64,000 bases of DNA from Octopus sinensis (GCF_006345805.1 NC_043000.1:32798001-32862000), one strand, 5' to 3'. Positions 39,059-54,101 are shown, counted from the stretch's first letter. The notes: generated by a model not told the origin, from the sequence alone. Numbers and translations are program-made.

Positions 39059-39654
39059 CTGTTGAAGAATAAAGATGGCGAATAAGTTGTCTTTGTTAGA
39101 TTCAAGGGGATCTAAATCTATGGAACTGATGTTGTTTATCTCAAAGTCAACAGAGAAAAAAAGGAAGAGAACAGAAGATTGGCTAAAGATGATTTCTTGT
39201 AACTCTCAAAGAAGAACAGAAAACTAAAATATAACATAAATCAATACAGAACATTTCGCATCAGTTCTTCAATATGACAATCAAAGGTTTTTAAGCAACT
39301 TTCAATGAAATATCCCTGTGGAAAGAATGGTTGTTTTATAATCCAAGCCTTTAGCAAAAAGGACCTTTAACTCTTGCAGAAATCAGAAACCAGTGATAGA
39401 TTGGTTTTGGAATACTACCCACAAATCCTATCAACATTAAATTAGTGTTAGTACAAGATATAGACATAGCTTCTTAGGGGAAGGCATGGCTATAGGGACA
39501 CTTTCCTTTCAACAATTGCCTTCCTGCTCCCAACCTCACCATTGGTCATGATATCCTAAACATCGAGAGATAATGTAGAGCAGCGAGGAAACCCTTTTGT
39601 CTTGTAGGGTACAAAGCAACATCAGTACTGCTAGGATAAAATACCACCAGTACA

Positions 39655-40582
39655 TTCTTAAGGAATGAAGCCAGTATAATCCAATTGATGTGTAATGTCA
39701 GTGTGCATGTATGACAGAGTGTAAGTACCTTGAGAGAAAAGTTGGATCTAAGAAGCATCAGATGTGGTGAGCAAGAGAGACAACTGCACTGGTATGGTCA
39801 TGTGGTGGGAATGGATGAGGATAGCTGTGTAAAAAAGTGTCCACACCCTAGCGGTTGAGGGAACCTGTAGAAGAGGTAGACCCCAGGATAACATGGGATG
39901 AGATGGTGAAGCACAACCTTTGAGCATTAGGCCTCACCGAGGTAATGACTAGTGACCGACACCTTTGGAAATATGCTGTGCTTGAGAAGACCCGGCAAGC
40001 CAAATGAGACCATAACCTGTGGCCTATGCCAGGGGTGTAACCAGCCCACTTATGCACACCTTTCCTTCCTTGGACACTAAACTCTGCTTGCGAAGACCTG
40101 TTGAGGCAAGTGAAATCGAAATCAAATTTGATGACTGGCATCCATGCTAGTGGAGCACTAAGAGCACCATCTGAGCGTGACCATTGCCAGAGCAGCTGAC
40201 TAGCATCTGTGCCAGCGGCATGTAAAAAGCACCATTCGAGTGTGATTGTTACCAGCGTTGCCTCACTGGCACTTGTGCTGGTGGCATGTGAAACAAACAT
40301 TCGAGCAAGGTTGTTGCCAGTGCCACTGGACTGGCTCCTGTGCAGGTGGCATGTAGAAAACACCATTTGAGCATGGCCATTGCCAGTACCGCCTGACTGG
40401 CCCTCGTGCTGGTGGCACGTAAAAGCACCCACTACACTCTCAGAGTGGTTGGCATCCAGCTGTAGAAACTCTGCCAGAACAGATTGGAGCCTGGTGCAGC
40501 CATCTGGTTTGCCAGTCCTCAGTCAAATCGTCCAACCCATGCTAGCATGGAAAGCGGATGTTAAACGATGATGATGATGATG
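39655..40582 (+). mobile_element. RTE LINE 3' end joining the ORF terminus, repeat-containing 3' UTR and (GAT)n tail
   Basis: Shows that the abundant short 'GGACGTTAAACGATGAT' elements in the window are 5'-truncated copies of this LINE. Confidence 0.85.
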
Positions 40583-40919
40583 AATGGCAAAGGAGTAGAA
40601 ATATCCTGAGGTTGAGAAGACTTTAATTTTGATAAACCTTTCAAATCTTGTTGCCCACGAAAGAAGCATGCAACAGACTCTGTGTAGTGGATGATGTTGG
40701 GAAGGGCATCCAGCCATAGAAACCATGTGAAAATAAGACATACATGTGAGGCATGGTTTGTTGGTGCAACTGGGTGGGGTGGGGGGCACTAACTCTGAAT
40801 AACAACTGACCTGGTCTGGGACAAGCCACCTAACCCATACCCGCATGGGAAGTGGAAGTGAAAATTATAATGGTGATGATATATAAACGATGACTTACTT
40901 ATTGGGTTGCCACACTTAC

Positions 40920-41054
40920 ATGCATAACTAATGGCATTGAAGGAGTTGTAGAAGCATAAATAATAGAACTGGTGTTCAGTTTGGTAAATTCTGTAAAAGT
41001 GTTCAGTCAATTGTTTCACAACTGGACAACTTATGGAATCAAAGGCACAGCAAT
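40920..41054 (-). CDS. S1A serine protease, putative coding exon 2 (N-terminal Cys module)
   Basis: Strong pyrimidine tract with TTTTTCAG acceptor and GTAAGT donor, phase 1-1, open frame. Encodes (Y)CCAFDSISCPVVKQLTEHFYRIYQTEHQFYYLCFYNSFNAISYA. It is non-repetitive sequence in a TE-filled intron. Confidence 0.78.
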
Positions 41055-41571
41055 CTGAAAAAGAAGGGAAAAAAATTCTTGTAAACACAAATAATGCATC
41101 ATTTTGCTGTCTGTCGGTCTGCCTGTCTCTCTCTCTATCTCTCTCACTTTTTCTTCTTTGTGAGTGTGTGGTTGAGAAGCTTTGTAAGCATATGGTTCCA
41201 GGTTCTGTCCCACTCCATGGCACCTTGGATAAGAACCTTCTGCTATAGTCCTGGGCCAACTAAAGCCTTGTGAGTGGATTTAGTGGATAGAAATTGAAAG
41301 AAGCCCATCATGTATGTATACACATACATACATTCACATATATATATAGGGAGAGTTTACAAAAAAAAAAACAAAAGACGAAGACAGGTGGTGTACAAAA
41401 CAAACGGATGTATTAGTATAACGCTCAGGAATAGAAAAAGTCTTTTATGTTTTGAACCTACGCTCTTCTACAGAAAGGGACACAGAAAAAAAAACAAGAA
41501 GAGAAACAAGGAGAGAAAAATGTGTGTAGTGGCTACCGATCTATCATGCCGACTGATATATATATATATAT

Positions 41572-41610
<39 letters not shown>

Positions 41611-43279
41611 CATGATGTCTATATCATATTTAAATGTATGTGTAACGGGAACTCGTTGCTTCTTACACTTTTGGGGTGCAACTCAGGTGCAACACAATTT
41701 CCGTTCTTTAATTTCCAGAATCCACCAGTCAAGGAACACGAACGCAACCTTAAAAATATATATATTCTTTATTTTCTTATCCACAGAAAGAAGTAAGGTG
41801 GTATATTGGTATCCACTTGGTTCTGGTGTGGCAAGGCTGAACTTTAACACTTGTAAGAATCTTACAACAAGTTCAGCAGCAAAACAGAGCAGGTCAAATC
41901 TTAGCGTCCAGAGACAGCGGAGAAAATAGGTCTGCTACAATCTCGTATGAAGGCGTTCTCCTACTATCCGTGTCTCTCTGTGTCCTTGTTAAGGGAACGC
42001 TGTCCCTCGCCTATCAGCTAATGCCACATCAGCAATTCCTTCTTCAGTCTTCGCGCATGTCTGAGAGGGCACTTCCCTTCTGCCTTTCCAGAAGGCTCCA
42101 ACCCCGCACACGCACACTGAAGAAGGACGTTCCGCACCCGCACACTGAAAATGACGTTGCGCGCGCGCACTGTTGTATAACGTCACTACATATGCAACGT
42201 ATGAGCGAGCTTGAACCTTGCCATCATGGGATGGTTGTGAATGAACATCATCATTGTTTCTTTCCCATCCATGAAAAACATGTCTGACCATTGGGAAATA
42301 TTACTTTGTTTGGAAACAGGCGATGGTTGGCAGCAGGAAGGGAGTGGGAAAAATCTGCCTCTACGAATTTCATCTGACCTCTGCAAGCATGGAAAAATGG
42401 GCATTAAATGATGATGATGATGATGATGAAGGAGCATAGTCTGAAATGTTGAACTCCATTCTTTTCTCTCTCCTTTCAACGTAATAAAGTACATTGAAAG
42501 GAGGAAGAAAACCTTCACATGTACATATATGAACATACATACATGCATACATACACACACACACAGACATACACTGCTATTCATGTTTGCACACATACAT
42601 ACATATATACTTACATGCATTTATCGGTTATTGCCGTTGTTTACCCTTCCCTTTCAGTGTAGTTTGTTTTACTTCGCCCCCCCCCACCCACCATCACGCC
42701 ATTTTTATATGTACAAAGTTCGAATGATCGCCCGTCCTTCTTTAAACAATAAATCCATCTGCACTAAACAGTGAACAGTAGACAGCCGACAGTCAGGTCA
42801 GGTTTAATTATGTAAGAAACCATTGTTAAGCAGAAAGTAAATAGGATTTATGGCTCGACATAGATCTAGCCTGAAGCTGTCTGCTTCCCTATAATTAGGG
42901 GCCGACACAATGGGTAATAACAATAGTTGGGAGGAGGAAAAGTCATTTTAGATCTTATAGAACGTTTTTTTTTTTTATTGTTCATTGTAATGAATAACAT
43001 CTCTTGCGATATTTTCTTCCTCCACGAAAACATAACGATGTGTTTACACAAATGAGATGGAGGTGTTTACATTCAAGGCAAGGCAAGGCAAAGTCGACCT
43101 CGGCGGAATTTGAACTCAGAACGTAGCGACGGACGAAATACCGCTAAGCATTTCACCCATCATCATTCATCATTGTTCGACCGTGGTCGAGACAATGGAA
43201 TTTACCATGCTACGCCAGACTTCACGGTCCATCATGGCATTACGGAGGTCCTGTTGCTGGATGCCTGTATCCCTGGAGA

Positions 43280-44470
43280 TTACATCAGGGTAGGAGAGTA
43301 AAGACGAATGGGTTCTGTTACCAGCATATAACATAGGCAAATCCAGGGACGATGTGCTGACATTCTATTGTTTTCAGTTTGGCTGTTATTGCAACAATCT
43401 GTATTTGTCTGTAGGAATACAGAAATGGAGAATGTTGTGAAGACAGCAGAAGAACTCTGTTCAACGATACGCGAAATGTTGGAGAAAAAAGAAAAATTTA
43501 ACACCAGTTTGGACAGCAATCTTCGTTGTGGCTAAAGTATGGATGTGATTAAAGATTCATAGCCTCAAATCTATAATCAATTGATTCTGAAACGGTGCGC
43601 TACTGGCTGTAGCGAAGAGCGGTGTGAATATTTAGAAAATGTTATCAAAGCTTTAAAGAAATTTATACAAGCAACAGAGTATCTTGGAATAGAATGTTAT
43701 TCTGTAAGTTAGTTAAGCACAAATGGAAATTGTTGTATGATGCTCGGAAACTAAATAGATGATCACTAGGGGGAAAGGAAGAGGTTTAAGGTGGTGGGAG
43801 AGAAGGAGAGATAGAGAGAGAGAGAGAAAGAGAGATAGTGTATTTACGTATGAGAGAGAGAGGGAAAAGTGGATATTTAAAACTGTTTCCATGACACCAA
43901 AACTTATTGGAAGTGAGAACTAAAAACCAATACTAGGCAAGAGGGAAACCGGTTTCACCTCACTACTGGAGAAACGGAAGGTTTCTTACCAGTGAATTCC
44001 CAACAATATTTTTCTAAGCAGAATTGATAGATATAGCGAAAAAGAAAGAAGTTAAAAGAGGTTTTGCTCAACTTCATTTTTTCGCCTTCTTAACAGAAAT
44101 CTTACCAGGATGTCATTCTCCTCTTTTATTTTAGGTTTTCTCTGTAAGACAACGTAAATCTGAAAAGCTATGGCGAGATTCATACTCAAAAGATAAAAAA
44201 ACCCGAAACTAAAAACCAATGCTTTATCCATTCTACGCTCCACTTTCTTCAGAATTCTCTCCATCCTTCTATCAACTTTTTTGCCATTTTCTCCAGGGCC
44301 TCACCAATCTTGCCATCAACAACGCTTTCATATAATAAACCAGATTGGATTTCGATACAAATGTTGAAGAGAGGATAATCAATCCTCTTTTGTATGAGAA
44401 CCTCACATTGCACACTGCACTTGACAAATAAGTAAAAACACTGCAACAGAGTGTACATGGATTGAATGGA
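43280..44470. mobile_element. Highly decayed L1/Tx1-like ORF2 fragments
   Basis: Plus strand: DDVLTF...EYLGI (RT-like). Minus strand 44050-44460: a C-terminal segment resembling the Tx1 fragment at 54190-54950. Confidence 0.35.
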
Positions 44471-44615
44471 AGAATGGAAGTGAGATTCGGCTCAGAAAAG
44501 TGCAAGGTAGACTTGAAGAGAGGAAAACTAAGAACACTAATATTGTGTGAGATTAAGAAACAAATAGGGAAGCTAACACAGACCTATAAAGTGTTTAGCA
44601 AGACACAGTGTGGTC

Positions 44616-44770
44616 CCGGGCGTCTTAATAGTATTATGGGCCCCTGACAATGCAATGCACTGGGCCTTATAGTATTTATTTATTGACAGTAAGCTACATA
44701 GAACTGGGGCCCCTAAACCAGAGAGGCCCCCACGCAACTGCCAAGTGTGCCCATGCTTTAAGACGATGCT
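44616..44770. mobile_element. Small MITE-like element
   Basis: GGGCGTCTTAA ... TTAAGACG inverted termini with internal GGGCCC motifs. Confidence 0.45.
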
Positions 44771-45684
44771 AGTTTAGTCACTAAATAATGCGTAATACAC
44801 ATATATAAAAAGTTAAAAACGAATCTTACAATCACATTTGATTAATGTTTGAAACAAAGAAGGTAACAGACAAAAAGTAAACCTGTCTCAGTGGAGAAAG
44901 AGGGAGGGAGAAGGTTGTGTTTAACACGAACACAGAGTAGTAGGATGAGGCTAGAAAGCTATTATAAAATATTAATGCATGACTACAAAATTATCTGGTA
45001 AAAAATAACGGACAATTAATATAAATAGCTACAAAATACGAACTTTAAAAAAAAGAAGCTATTTTCTATCTTCAGTAAAACAACGCACATTGTGAAAATA
45101 TAAAGTCTAAGTTTAAAACGAGGCTACAAAGCGATGGTGAGAAAAGCTCTTCCATGACCATCACCTGGAAAAACTGAAGAGGGTAACAATAGGTGTTGGA
45201 AAAGTGCAGTGATGGTTTGAAAAATAAAATATTCAGAGGTGAGACTAGAAGATTCTTGGTTGCAGGACAGGATGAAAGCCTTCACACTCGAAATACCAAA
45301 GATATTTTACTGAGCAGAATATAGGCAATAAGTATATAATATCTAATCGTCCGGTCTTAGCCAAGAAAGAATACGTCTGGAGGAATGGCAGTGTTCGGAC
45401 TTAAACTACTATTCATAACTCTAAAGTCACATGATTTTTAAGTTACTTAGAAATTTAGTTCTGCATTTAAGCATGATATAGTGTAAATGGGTATTTTGTG
45501 AATACTTTGAAATATAAACCTTGTATCTTTATTATCACATTACAACATATGATTTTCCAATTTTCAGTCGCATATCAACACTTCAAAACTATAAAGCCAC
45601 CGACACATTTCCATTTCTTTTCAGATTGTTTCGGAAAATATTCGACTCAATCGTATTCACCGGGATCCAGATTACGTTCCCAGT

Positions 45685-46712
45685 ATGCCTAAAGCTACAA
45701 AGCTTTCCGAAACTGAACAAGGGAAGGTTCTTGCACTGAAAGCGGAAGGAATAAGTAACTGGAAGATTGCCAAGAAGACTCGGCGAAGCAGAACGTCAAT
45801 GGGCAATTTTCTGAAAGATCCTGACGGTTGCATCAAAAAGGGATGAAAGGGCCATTGTCAAAGCTGTGAAGAAGACACGCTGCTTTTCTGTTTTCAAAAT
45901 CAAGACATCAGTAGGAGGAGGAACCTCGACATCCCCCGTAAGAAGAGTGATTTTGATCCATGGTTACAAGGGCTGGTCCTAGGAATTTTTCGAAGGGAGG
46001 GCACAAGGTCAGAAGGGAATACAATCCTAGGAGAAAAGGGCGTGATCCTCAGCTCCCCCTCCCTCTTAGGTCCGTCCCTGGTTACCATCCGAAGAAGCGG
46101 CTATGGCGTCCGCTATCGTCTTCTTCTCACAAAGCTGTTAGATTGGAGTTTGCTCAGCAGCATCAGACGTCGGATGGCGAATGGACCAGGGCTTTGTTTT
46201 CTGATGAGGAAAAATGGAACTCGGATGGCTCCAACGATTATAAGTATTACTGGACAGATAAATGTATACAAAATTCTACTTATTCCAAGTGGGAGAACAG
46301 CAGAGGAGGTCTTATGGTGTGGGGTGCAATATCTGCCAATGGGAAGCTACCACTTGTCATCATGGATGACCGTTTCAATGCTACACAATACATCGACATA
46401 TTCCAATAGGACAATGCTCCAATTCATAAAACAAGGGCAACTTTGGATTTCCTCCATGCAATTGGGGTTGAAGTCACGCCATGGCCAGCAAGAAGTCCCG
46501 ATCTTAATCCTTCAGAAAATTCCTGAGGATATCTCCCGAATGTTGTGTATAGCGAAGGCAAGCAGCATTCACCTGTTGATGAACATCAAACGGCAATAAA
46601 GAAGGCCTGGGAAGCGCTTCCACCCGATCTGCTGCTGAGATTGATTGGGAGTACGAAATCACGTGTCTTTGAAGCAATTCAGAAAGGTGGTGGTCAGACA
46701 CACTATTGTTGA
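45685..46712 (+). pseudogene. Tc3-like (DD34E) transposase pseudogene with a nested 112-bp insertion
   Basis: Translates as MPKATKLSETEQGKVLAL..., LFSDEEKWN, LMVWGAIS, Q*DNAPIH and WPARSPDLNPSEN, with in-frame stops. Confidence 0.85.
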
Positions 46713-48495
46713 TGTATTGCACGAGAATATCATTGAAATATCTCATAACTTCCCTGTTTTGCATCATCTTTCCAACATTATTCAACCTGGTGTTATAGTT
46801 TTGAACAGGGGCTTTCTGGCTGTGTATGTTTTTTCCACTTATCTAATTTATTTTGGATTTCAATAAATTTGAATATTGCAATGCCTTCTTTTATTCCATT
46901 TCCTGTCTAAAGGTGAGTTTCATGAATCTGGGTAGTATAGTTCGCTAGAAGAAAAAAAAAGAAAGAAAAAAAGAAACAGACAGTGCTCTGGCTTTATAGT
47001 TTTGAAGAGCGGTTTACATACATTGGTAGATATAGCAGCAGCAGCATAAATAAAGCTAAGATTTTTCGTGGTGATAATGATGATGATGATAATAATAATA
47101 ATAACCTCCTTATAACAATATAACACAAGAGAATTAATTTAGCAAAGCATGGAAAGTTGGAAGGTTGAGTTAACGTCATGTGGTAAAGCGCTTAGAGAGG
47201 TCAGAATCAAGAAGTGATAAACCAGACGGACCGGGAAACGAGGAAGAAGATGACAATTTATGGAGCTTTACAACCTAAAAGTGACGTGCATAGGATACAC
47301 CTATCACGAGAAGATGGAGGAAGAGCCGTGAGAGGCTGCGAAGATTGCATAAGAAGCGAAGAAAAGTCATGGTTGGTGTATTCGGAACAGTACAGACCCA
47401 TTACTCATGGGAATTAAATTGGCTGGGATCATAGACACAGAGTCTTGCACCAATAAAGAGGAGTTGAAAAGAAGACTACAAGGTTGATAGACAAAGCGAT
47501 GCATGGGAAATTCCTAAGACATATGGATAAAGACACTAATTTTGGAAAGATATACAAACATGAGACATGGGCCTGGATGATGGAAGGAGATTTGAAAAAA
47601 TGAACGGGGCTCTTATTTGTGCTGCTCAAGAGAAAGCATTAAGAACTAACTACATAAAATTCCACATTGATAAAACGATCGAAATCGCCATTGTGCAGAA
47701 TGTTTGGTAATTTTGAAGAAACTCCAAACCACGTTGTATGTGAATGAAGCTCTTTGGCACAGCAGGAATACAAGAGATGGCATGACAATGTTGATGGAAT
47801 TGCACATTGGTGGTTTTTATGTGGGAAATTCAACTTGAATGAGCTGACAAGGCCGCTGGCTGTAATGAAAACTGATGTGGTGAAACTGCAACGGGATTTC
47901 AATGTGCAATGCAACGATGTGATTGAAGCAGGAAGACCTGGTTTGACCCAGATTGAGAAAGAAGAAAGACATTGTTGGATTATTGACGTCGCTCTCACAG
48001 GAGATACCCACGTGGTAGAGAAGGAGAATGGCAAAATGGATAGGCACCAAGATTTAAAGTATGAGTTAGTACGTTTTTGGGAACTGAGGAATATGGAGGT
48101 TATACCTATTGTGAGAGGGGAACTTGGAAGCATGACAAACCAATTTCAGAAGTGGTTTGTCAAACTTGGACTTACTATCAAGACTGAGATGCTGCAGAAA
48201 ACAGAACGACTTAGAAGAGCCAGGATTGTGAGAAGAGTTGAGAGGACCCATGGTCATTACTTATGATGCACACCTGATAAAGAGATATCGAAGTGTGGTA
48301 TAATGCACCTGAAAAGAGGCAAGGTACAGTCGTCCCTAGCAGGGATAGAATTAATTACCTAATAGAGAACTGATTAAACAAGTTGAAAAGGAAGGCTATA
48401 TATGCCTTGGCATACTAGGGTTCAACGAAATCAGGAAGAAGGAAATGAAAGAACAACTGAGGATGGAATCTTTCCGAAGACTGAGGTTGGTGTTG

Positions 48496-48869
48496 AGCTG
48501 TTGAGCGAACTTCTTCGTTCCAGAGCTCGCAAGATGGGAGAAGTCCGAAATGTGGTCCTTTGCTATTCGTAAGACCCGCAGAAGAAAAAGCAGGACAACC
48601 CCCGACACCGAGAGCATCGACGGATGGATGAATGCGCATCCAGGCTCAGCGGTTGCGTAGGAAGTCAGAGACAAGAAACAGGAAGAAAGAGTGAGGGAGA
48701 AAGTTGGGGCAAAAGAGTACAACCGGGGCCGCCACCACACCCTGCCGGAGCCTCGTGGAACTTTTAGGTGTTTTCGCTCAATAAACACACACAACGCCCG
48801 GTCTGGGAATCGAAACCACGATCCTCCGACTGCGAGTCCGCTGCCCTAACCACTGGGCCATTGCACCTT
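48496..48869 (-). mobile_element. tRNA-derived SINE (family B) with 14-bp TSD
   Basis: TGAGGTTGGTGTTG repeated at 48482-48495 and 48870-48883. It interrupts R4 coding sequence (RRLRLVL|RSKL). Confidence 0.9.
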
Positions 48870-49048
48870 TGAGGTTGGTGTTGCGCTCGAAATTGACCGG
48901 ATCAGTTGCCAGGATTGTATCGAAACAGGGAAACAGCTTAGGGTCGTATGTAAAAATACCGTTCAACCATTGTTGAAACGTGTGAAGAAGTCCGGTGTCA
49001 TTAAAGCTGATAACTATATAAAGAAAGAAAAACTGAATGAGGAAAAGA

Positions 49049-49153
<105 letters not shown>

Positions 49154-51959
49154 TAGTATGGAAAGAGAAAAGAATGTAAGGTCAGTTTGCAAGCACCCGT
49201 ACGCCAAGACAAATACAGAAGACCGGTGGATATGGACGAGAAGGAGTGACCTGAAGATAGAGACAGAAGCATTCATATGTGCAGCACAAAAATAAGCATT
49301 AAGGACTAACTATGCGAAGTGCAGAATCGACAACACTACTGACAGCGACAAATGCAGAATGTGCGGTGAGAGAAGTGAAACGGTATGGTACATCGTTAGT
49401 GAATGCCCGAAATTGGCACAACGCGAATACAAAAGATGCCATGACAATGTGGCAAGAATGATCCATTAGGAGTTCTGTAGAATTACGGCTTACAAAGAGC
49501 AAACCCGAGAAAGTCACCGAAAATGAAAACTGCAAAATCTTGAGGGATGCAATGATTCAGTGAGACCATCTGATCAGACATAAGAAACCGGACATTGTTG
49601 TGGTGAATGAAAAAGAAAGAACCTCTGTTATTTGTTATGGCCTTGGTCCAACTTTCTGTAGTCCTACGTAAAATCAACGTGCATTATGAACTGAGAAAGA
49701 ATGAACCTTGTCTCAACCATCTCCTCTTCATGGATGATTTAAAACTGTTCACAAAAACAGAGCCTGAAATGGAGAGGCTGGTTGAGACTGTGCAAATGTG
49801 CAAATGTGCAGCAAGGATATAGGGATGGAATTCGGTATCTCAAAGTGTGCGGTGCTTACTTTGAAGCGGGGGGGGGAGTAAATTGTAGGGGCATAGAATT
49901 GCCAAATGGAGAGAGAGTGGAAGACTCGGATGATTATGGGTACAAGTACCTTGAGATCCTGGAGCCGGACAATATCTGGCACAGAGAAATGAAAGACAAT
50001 GTGACCACTATTTATTTCAAGCGACTTAAACTTCTCTTGAAATCGAAGCTCAACTCAAGGAACCTATAGTCCGCTATAGTGCACTCATCCTGAGATGGAT
50101 ACAAGCGGAGATTGACCGACTCAATCACACTACCCGAAAGACGATGACAATGAATGGTGCCCTCCACTCTAAGGTAAATGTACATAGGCTGTACATGAAA
50201 AGATGTAAAGGTGGACGTGGGATGATTAGCGTACTGGAGTGCATCAACAGTGAAAAAAGAAACGTGGCAGAATATTTGGTAAACAGCAAAGAAGACCTGC
50301 TACAGTATGCTGCTAGTGCAGAAGGAGTTAACAAAAATGGACTTGAGAGTGGTCATGAATTCCGAACAAGAACGAAAGAGAAAAAACGCTATTCCGTATG
50401 GAATTGCATCCATGATCAGTTCCACCGTAAAACCGATAAATTAAAAGACCAGAAAGCATCATGGAGGTGGCTCAACAAGGGTGACCTAAAAAAGAATATT
50501 GAAAGCTTAATCGTCGCTGCTCAGGACCAGGCATTGAATACCAATTCAGTCAAAAAGAATATATATCACATAAGTGCGTCGGACCTCTGCAGAATGTGTG
50601 GGAAGAAGGTCGAAAGAAGGGAAAGCAAAAATCCTCTGGGACTTTGATTTTCATACTGGCTAAGTGTTAGAGCACCAAAGGCCGGATATAGTAACCTTTA
50701 GGAGGGACAAACAAGAATGCCTATCAATCGACATAACAGTGCCAGGAGATCAACATATCATCATGAAAGAAAGAGAAAAAGTTGATAAATATGGAGACCT
50801 GAGAATTGGGATGGCTAAGATGTGGCAGCTACGAGAGTTGAACATAAAGGTTATCCCTATTTTCATCGGAGCATTGGGTTCAATACCACCCCTAAATCTG
50901 AAAAAAAAAGCATCTGAAAACCTTAGAAATACCCTACATTCTAGACGTACTGCAAAAGTCGGCCTTACTTGGAACTGGACGTATATTGCGTAATGTACTG
51001 TTTGTCTGAGGTCCTTGTTGAGACTTGACAAATAGCACAAACCCCCGGTAGACACAATAGCTTCAATCAACAACCTCACGATATTATGTACTGTGTGACA
51101 TCTATAATAATAATAAGCATGGAAGGAAAAATGTACGGTTAGTTTGCATGAGATATGAATCCCAAGACAGATACAGAGGATCGGTGGTTATGGATGAGGA
51201 GGAGTGACCTGAAGATAGAGACAGAAACACTCATATGCGCAGCTCAGGAACAAGCGTTAAAGACCAATTATATGAAGTGCAGAATTGACAACACTACCGA
51301 TAGCTACAAATGCAGAATGTGTGGTGAGAAGGATGAAACAGTATGGCACATCGTTAGCGAATGCCCGAATTGGCATCAAGCGAATACTAGAGACGACACG
51401 ACGATGTAGCAAGAATGATCGTTTCGTGTACCCGTGGAAATTACGGCCTACAAGGAGCAAATACGTGGTATGAGTAAATCCCAGAAGGAGTCACCGAAAA
51501 TGAGAATTGCAAAATCCTGTGGGATGTAATGATCTTGTGTGATCATCCGACCAGACATCGGAAACCGGACATTGTTGTGGTGAATAAAAAAGAAAGAACA
51601 TGCACGATAATCAGCATAGCATGCCCCAGTAACAGCAGGATCAATGTGAAAAAAAAAGAATAAATAAACATTTATGACGATTTGAAGCGGGAAATACGAA
51701 GGTTGTGGTCAGTGAAGAGAGTAGACGTGATACCAATAGTAATTGGTGCACTTGGAAATATCAGCACTCAACTATCAACATGGCTGAAAAAGATTGGTGC
51801 AAGTGTGAAGGTAGAATACCTACAAAAATCAGCACTGCTTGGAACCGCAAGAATTCTTCGCAGGGTTCTTGAAGCATGACCAATAAACAAGTGTCACCTT
51901 AGTCTACTGGCTATGGACAGCGGACACTTTCCATCATAACCAGCAAAATAAGCTGTGAG

Positions 51960-51961
<2 letters not shown>

Positions 51962-52018
<57 letters not shown>

Positions 52019-52030
52019 TAATAATAATAA
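51962..52030. repeat. (TAA)n microsatellite
   Basis: Direct reading. It follows an R4 3' end. Confidence 0.95.
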
Positions 52031-54097
52031 ATCTCTGAACGAGGTATAAACTAACTGCACGACAATGTGAAGTATATTTGCCATCTAAATGTGGCTAACC
52101 ACTAAGGGTGGATGTTACTGTAGCTTGTAGCCCCAGGAGAACATCTTCTCCAGCTGGCTATTGACTCACTTTCTGTGCCCTATCGGTATGTGCAAAGGGA
52201 AGCCGTCCTTCCCATCGTCGACCTGACGTGATAAGCACGAACCGGGTTTCTGGATATTTACCCGTCATTAGCGCACGACAATCACCCGTCTTCGATGCGA
52301 AGGGGTCCCAATACAAATACATATATCCTTTTTCCAGTGACTTTTCGTCACTGATCTCGAAAAAGTGTAAACAAGCAATAATAAATCTCTGAAAGAGGTA
52401 TAAACAGTAACTGGAGCCAACTTGTACAAATGTAAAGCAAAAGTCAAACATAAAATAATAATAATAATAATCGTAAATAGACTGTATATGGAAAGAAAGA
52501 ATGATGGCAGAGGACTAATTAGTATAGACCATTGTATAAGGAGTGAAAGGAGAACGCTTGCCGAGTATTTGATAAATAGTGATGAAGACCTGCTGCAATA
52601 TGCCACGAAAGATATGGGTGTAAATGCAGATGAAAAGATGGGCAAGGAAGAATCAAACCAAAGAGCTGAGGGGAAGAGAAAAGAAGGCCTTCTTGAAATG
52701 AGAATGCACGGACATTTTGAAAGGAGTACACAAGACGTTAAGGATAATACAGCATCGTGGGCATAGCTTGAACGAGGTGATTTGAAGCGTACCACCGAAA
52801 GCCTGGTCATTGCTGCACAAGACCAGGCTCTCGCTACAGATTCAGTGAAGTGTAACATCTATAAAACTTCTGACACCCAGAAAGCCGACCCCGTGGAAAG
52901 AGTGTGGAAAATGTGACCCGCTTGGTGGGCCCCACCTGCAAGGTCATGTGCTGTTTATCTTGATATGAGATCACCATGTCGCGCACATATGGCTGTGATG
53001 CATGTGCCTAGTGTACCTTTATCAGACGGGTAGTCATGATGGGTATACTGGGCTTTGTATATTTTACCCCAGTGTCACTTTGATGGTATGGACTGCTCTC
53101 TCGCTCAATAATAATAATGAGCAAGTATAAAGATCTTGAAATAGAAATTAGCAAAATGTGGAACCTGAAGACTAAAACAATACCTATTGTCATAGGTGCC
53201 CTGGGAATGATAACAAAAGGGGCTGATTGCTACCTAGCTCAGATACCAGGAAGCCCCAAAATGGCAGAAATTCAAAAGATAGTGCTCGTGGGAACTGCCC
53301 ATATCCTACGTAAAATACTTTCTATGTAATCTCAAGTTTAAAAATAAACACATAATTTTCTTATGGTTTCTTGAACATTCCCTAGAACAACACTATGTAC
53401 AAAACCAAATATATGGCACCCTAGGCATAACACCAACATGAACTTCCAACTTGTTGTCTTTTAAGGTCTCTGGGTGAGACTTGGAGCCAACTTGTACAAA
53501 TGTAAAACATAAGTCAAACATAGAATAATAATAATAATAATGATGATGATGATGATAATAATCTTTTCTACTCTAGAGATATGGCCTGAAGTTTCAGGAG
53601 AGTGTTAACTAACATTGATCCTTTTTGCTTAACTGGTATTTATTTTATCGATCCCGTAAGGATGAAAAGCAAAGTCGATCTCGGTGTGCTAACGATTTTG
53701 TCATCTCACTGCCTTAATAATAAGGATGATGACGATGATGATGATGGTAATGGTGGTGGTCGTGATGATGATGATGATGATAGACGACGATGGTGATGGT
53801 GGTGGTGATGATGATGATGATCTCTTATTTTAATAATGATAATAATAACATCTAGCGGGGTGAAGTGGGGGCATTATAAGAGCCATTTACAATTTAAGAG
53901 GAATTGGAGAAATGAAAGTAGAAGAGGGAATGAAATGAGACAATAGACATGGAAGCTGTAGACCGATTGATTCAGGAATACTCTGACCACTAACAGCATA
54001 AGTTCTCGGCCAGATTTTCTTCACCAATTTACAAGCGAACTATTTTTCTTCGCCTCAACCGTTTTTTCCACAGTCACCCACCTTTTGATTGATTCAC

Positions 54098-54101
<4 letters not shown>

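Noticed and set aside
41650-41990. Possible decayed DNA-transposon gene fragment (CC*TC motif on -)
   Set aside because: Multiple stops and frameshifts, and the resemblance is too weak to assign without a database search.
42605-42780. Strong minus-strand donor (CAT|GTAAGT) as an additional N-terminal exon
   Set aside because: Both nearby acceptors give in-frame stops in phase 1.
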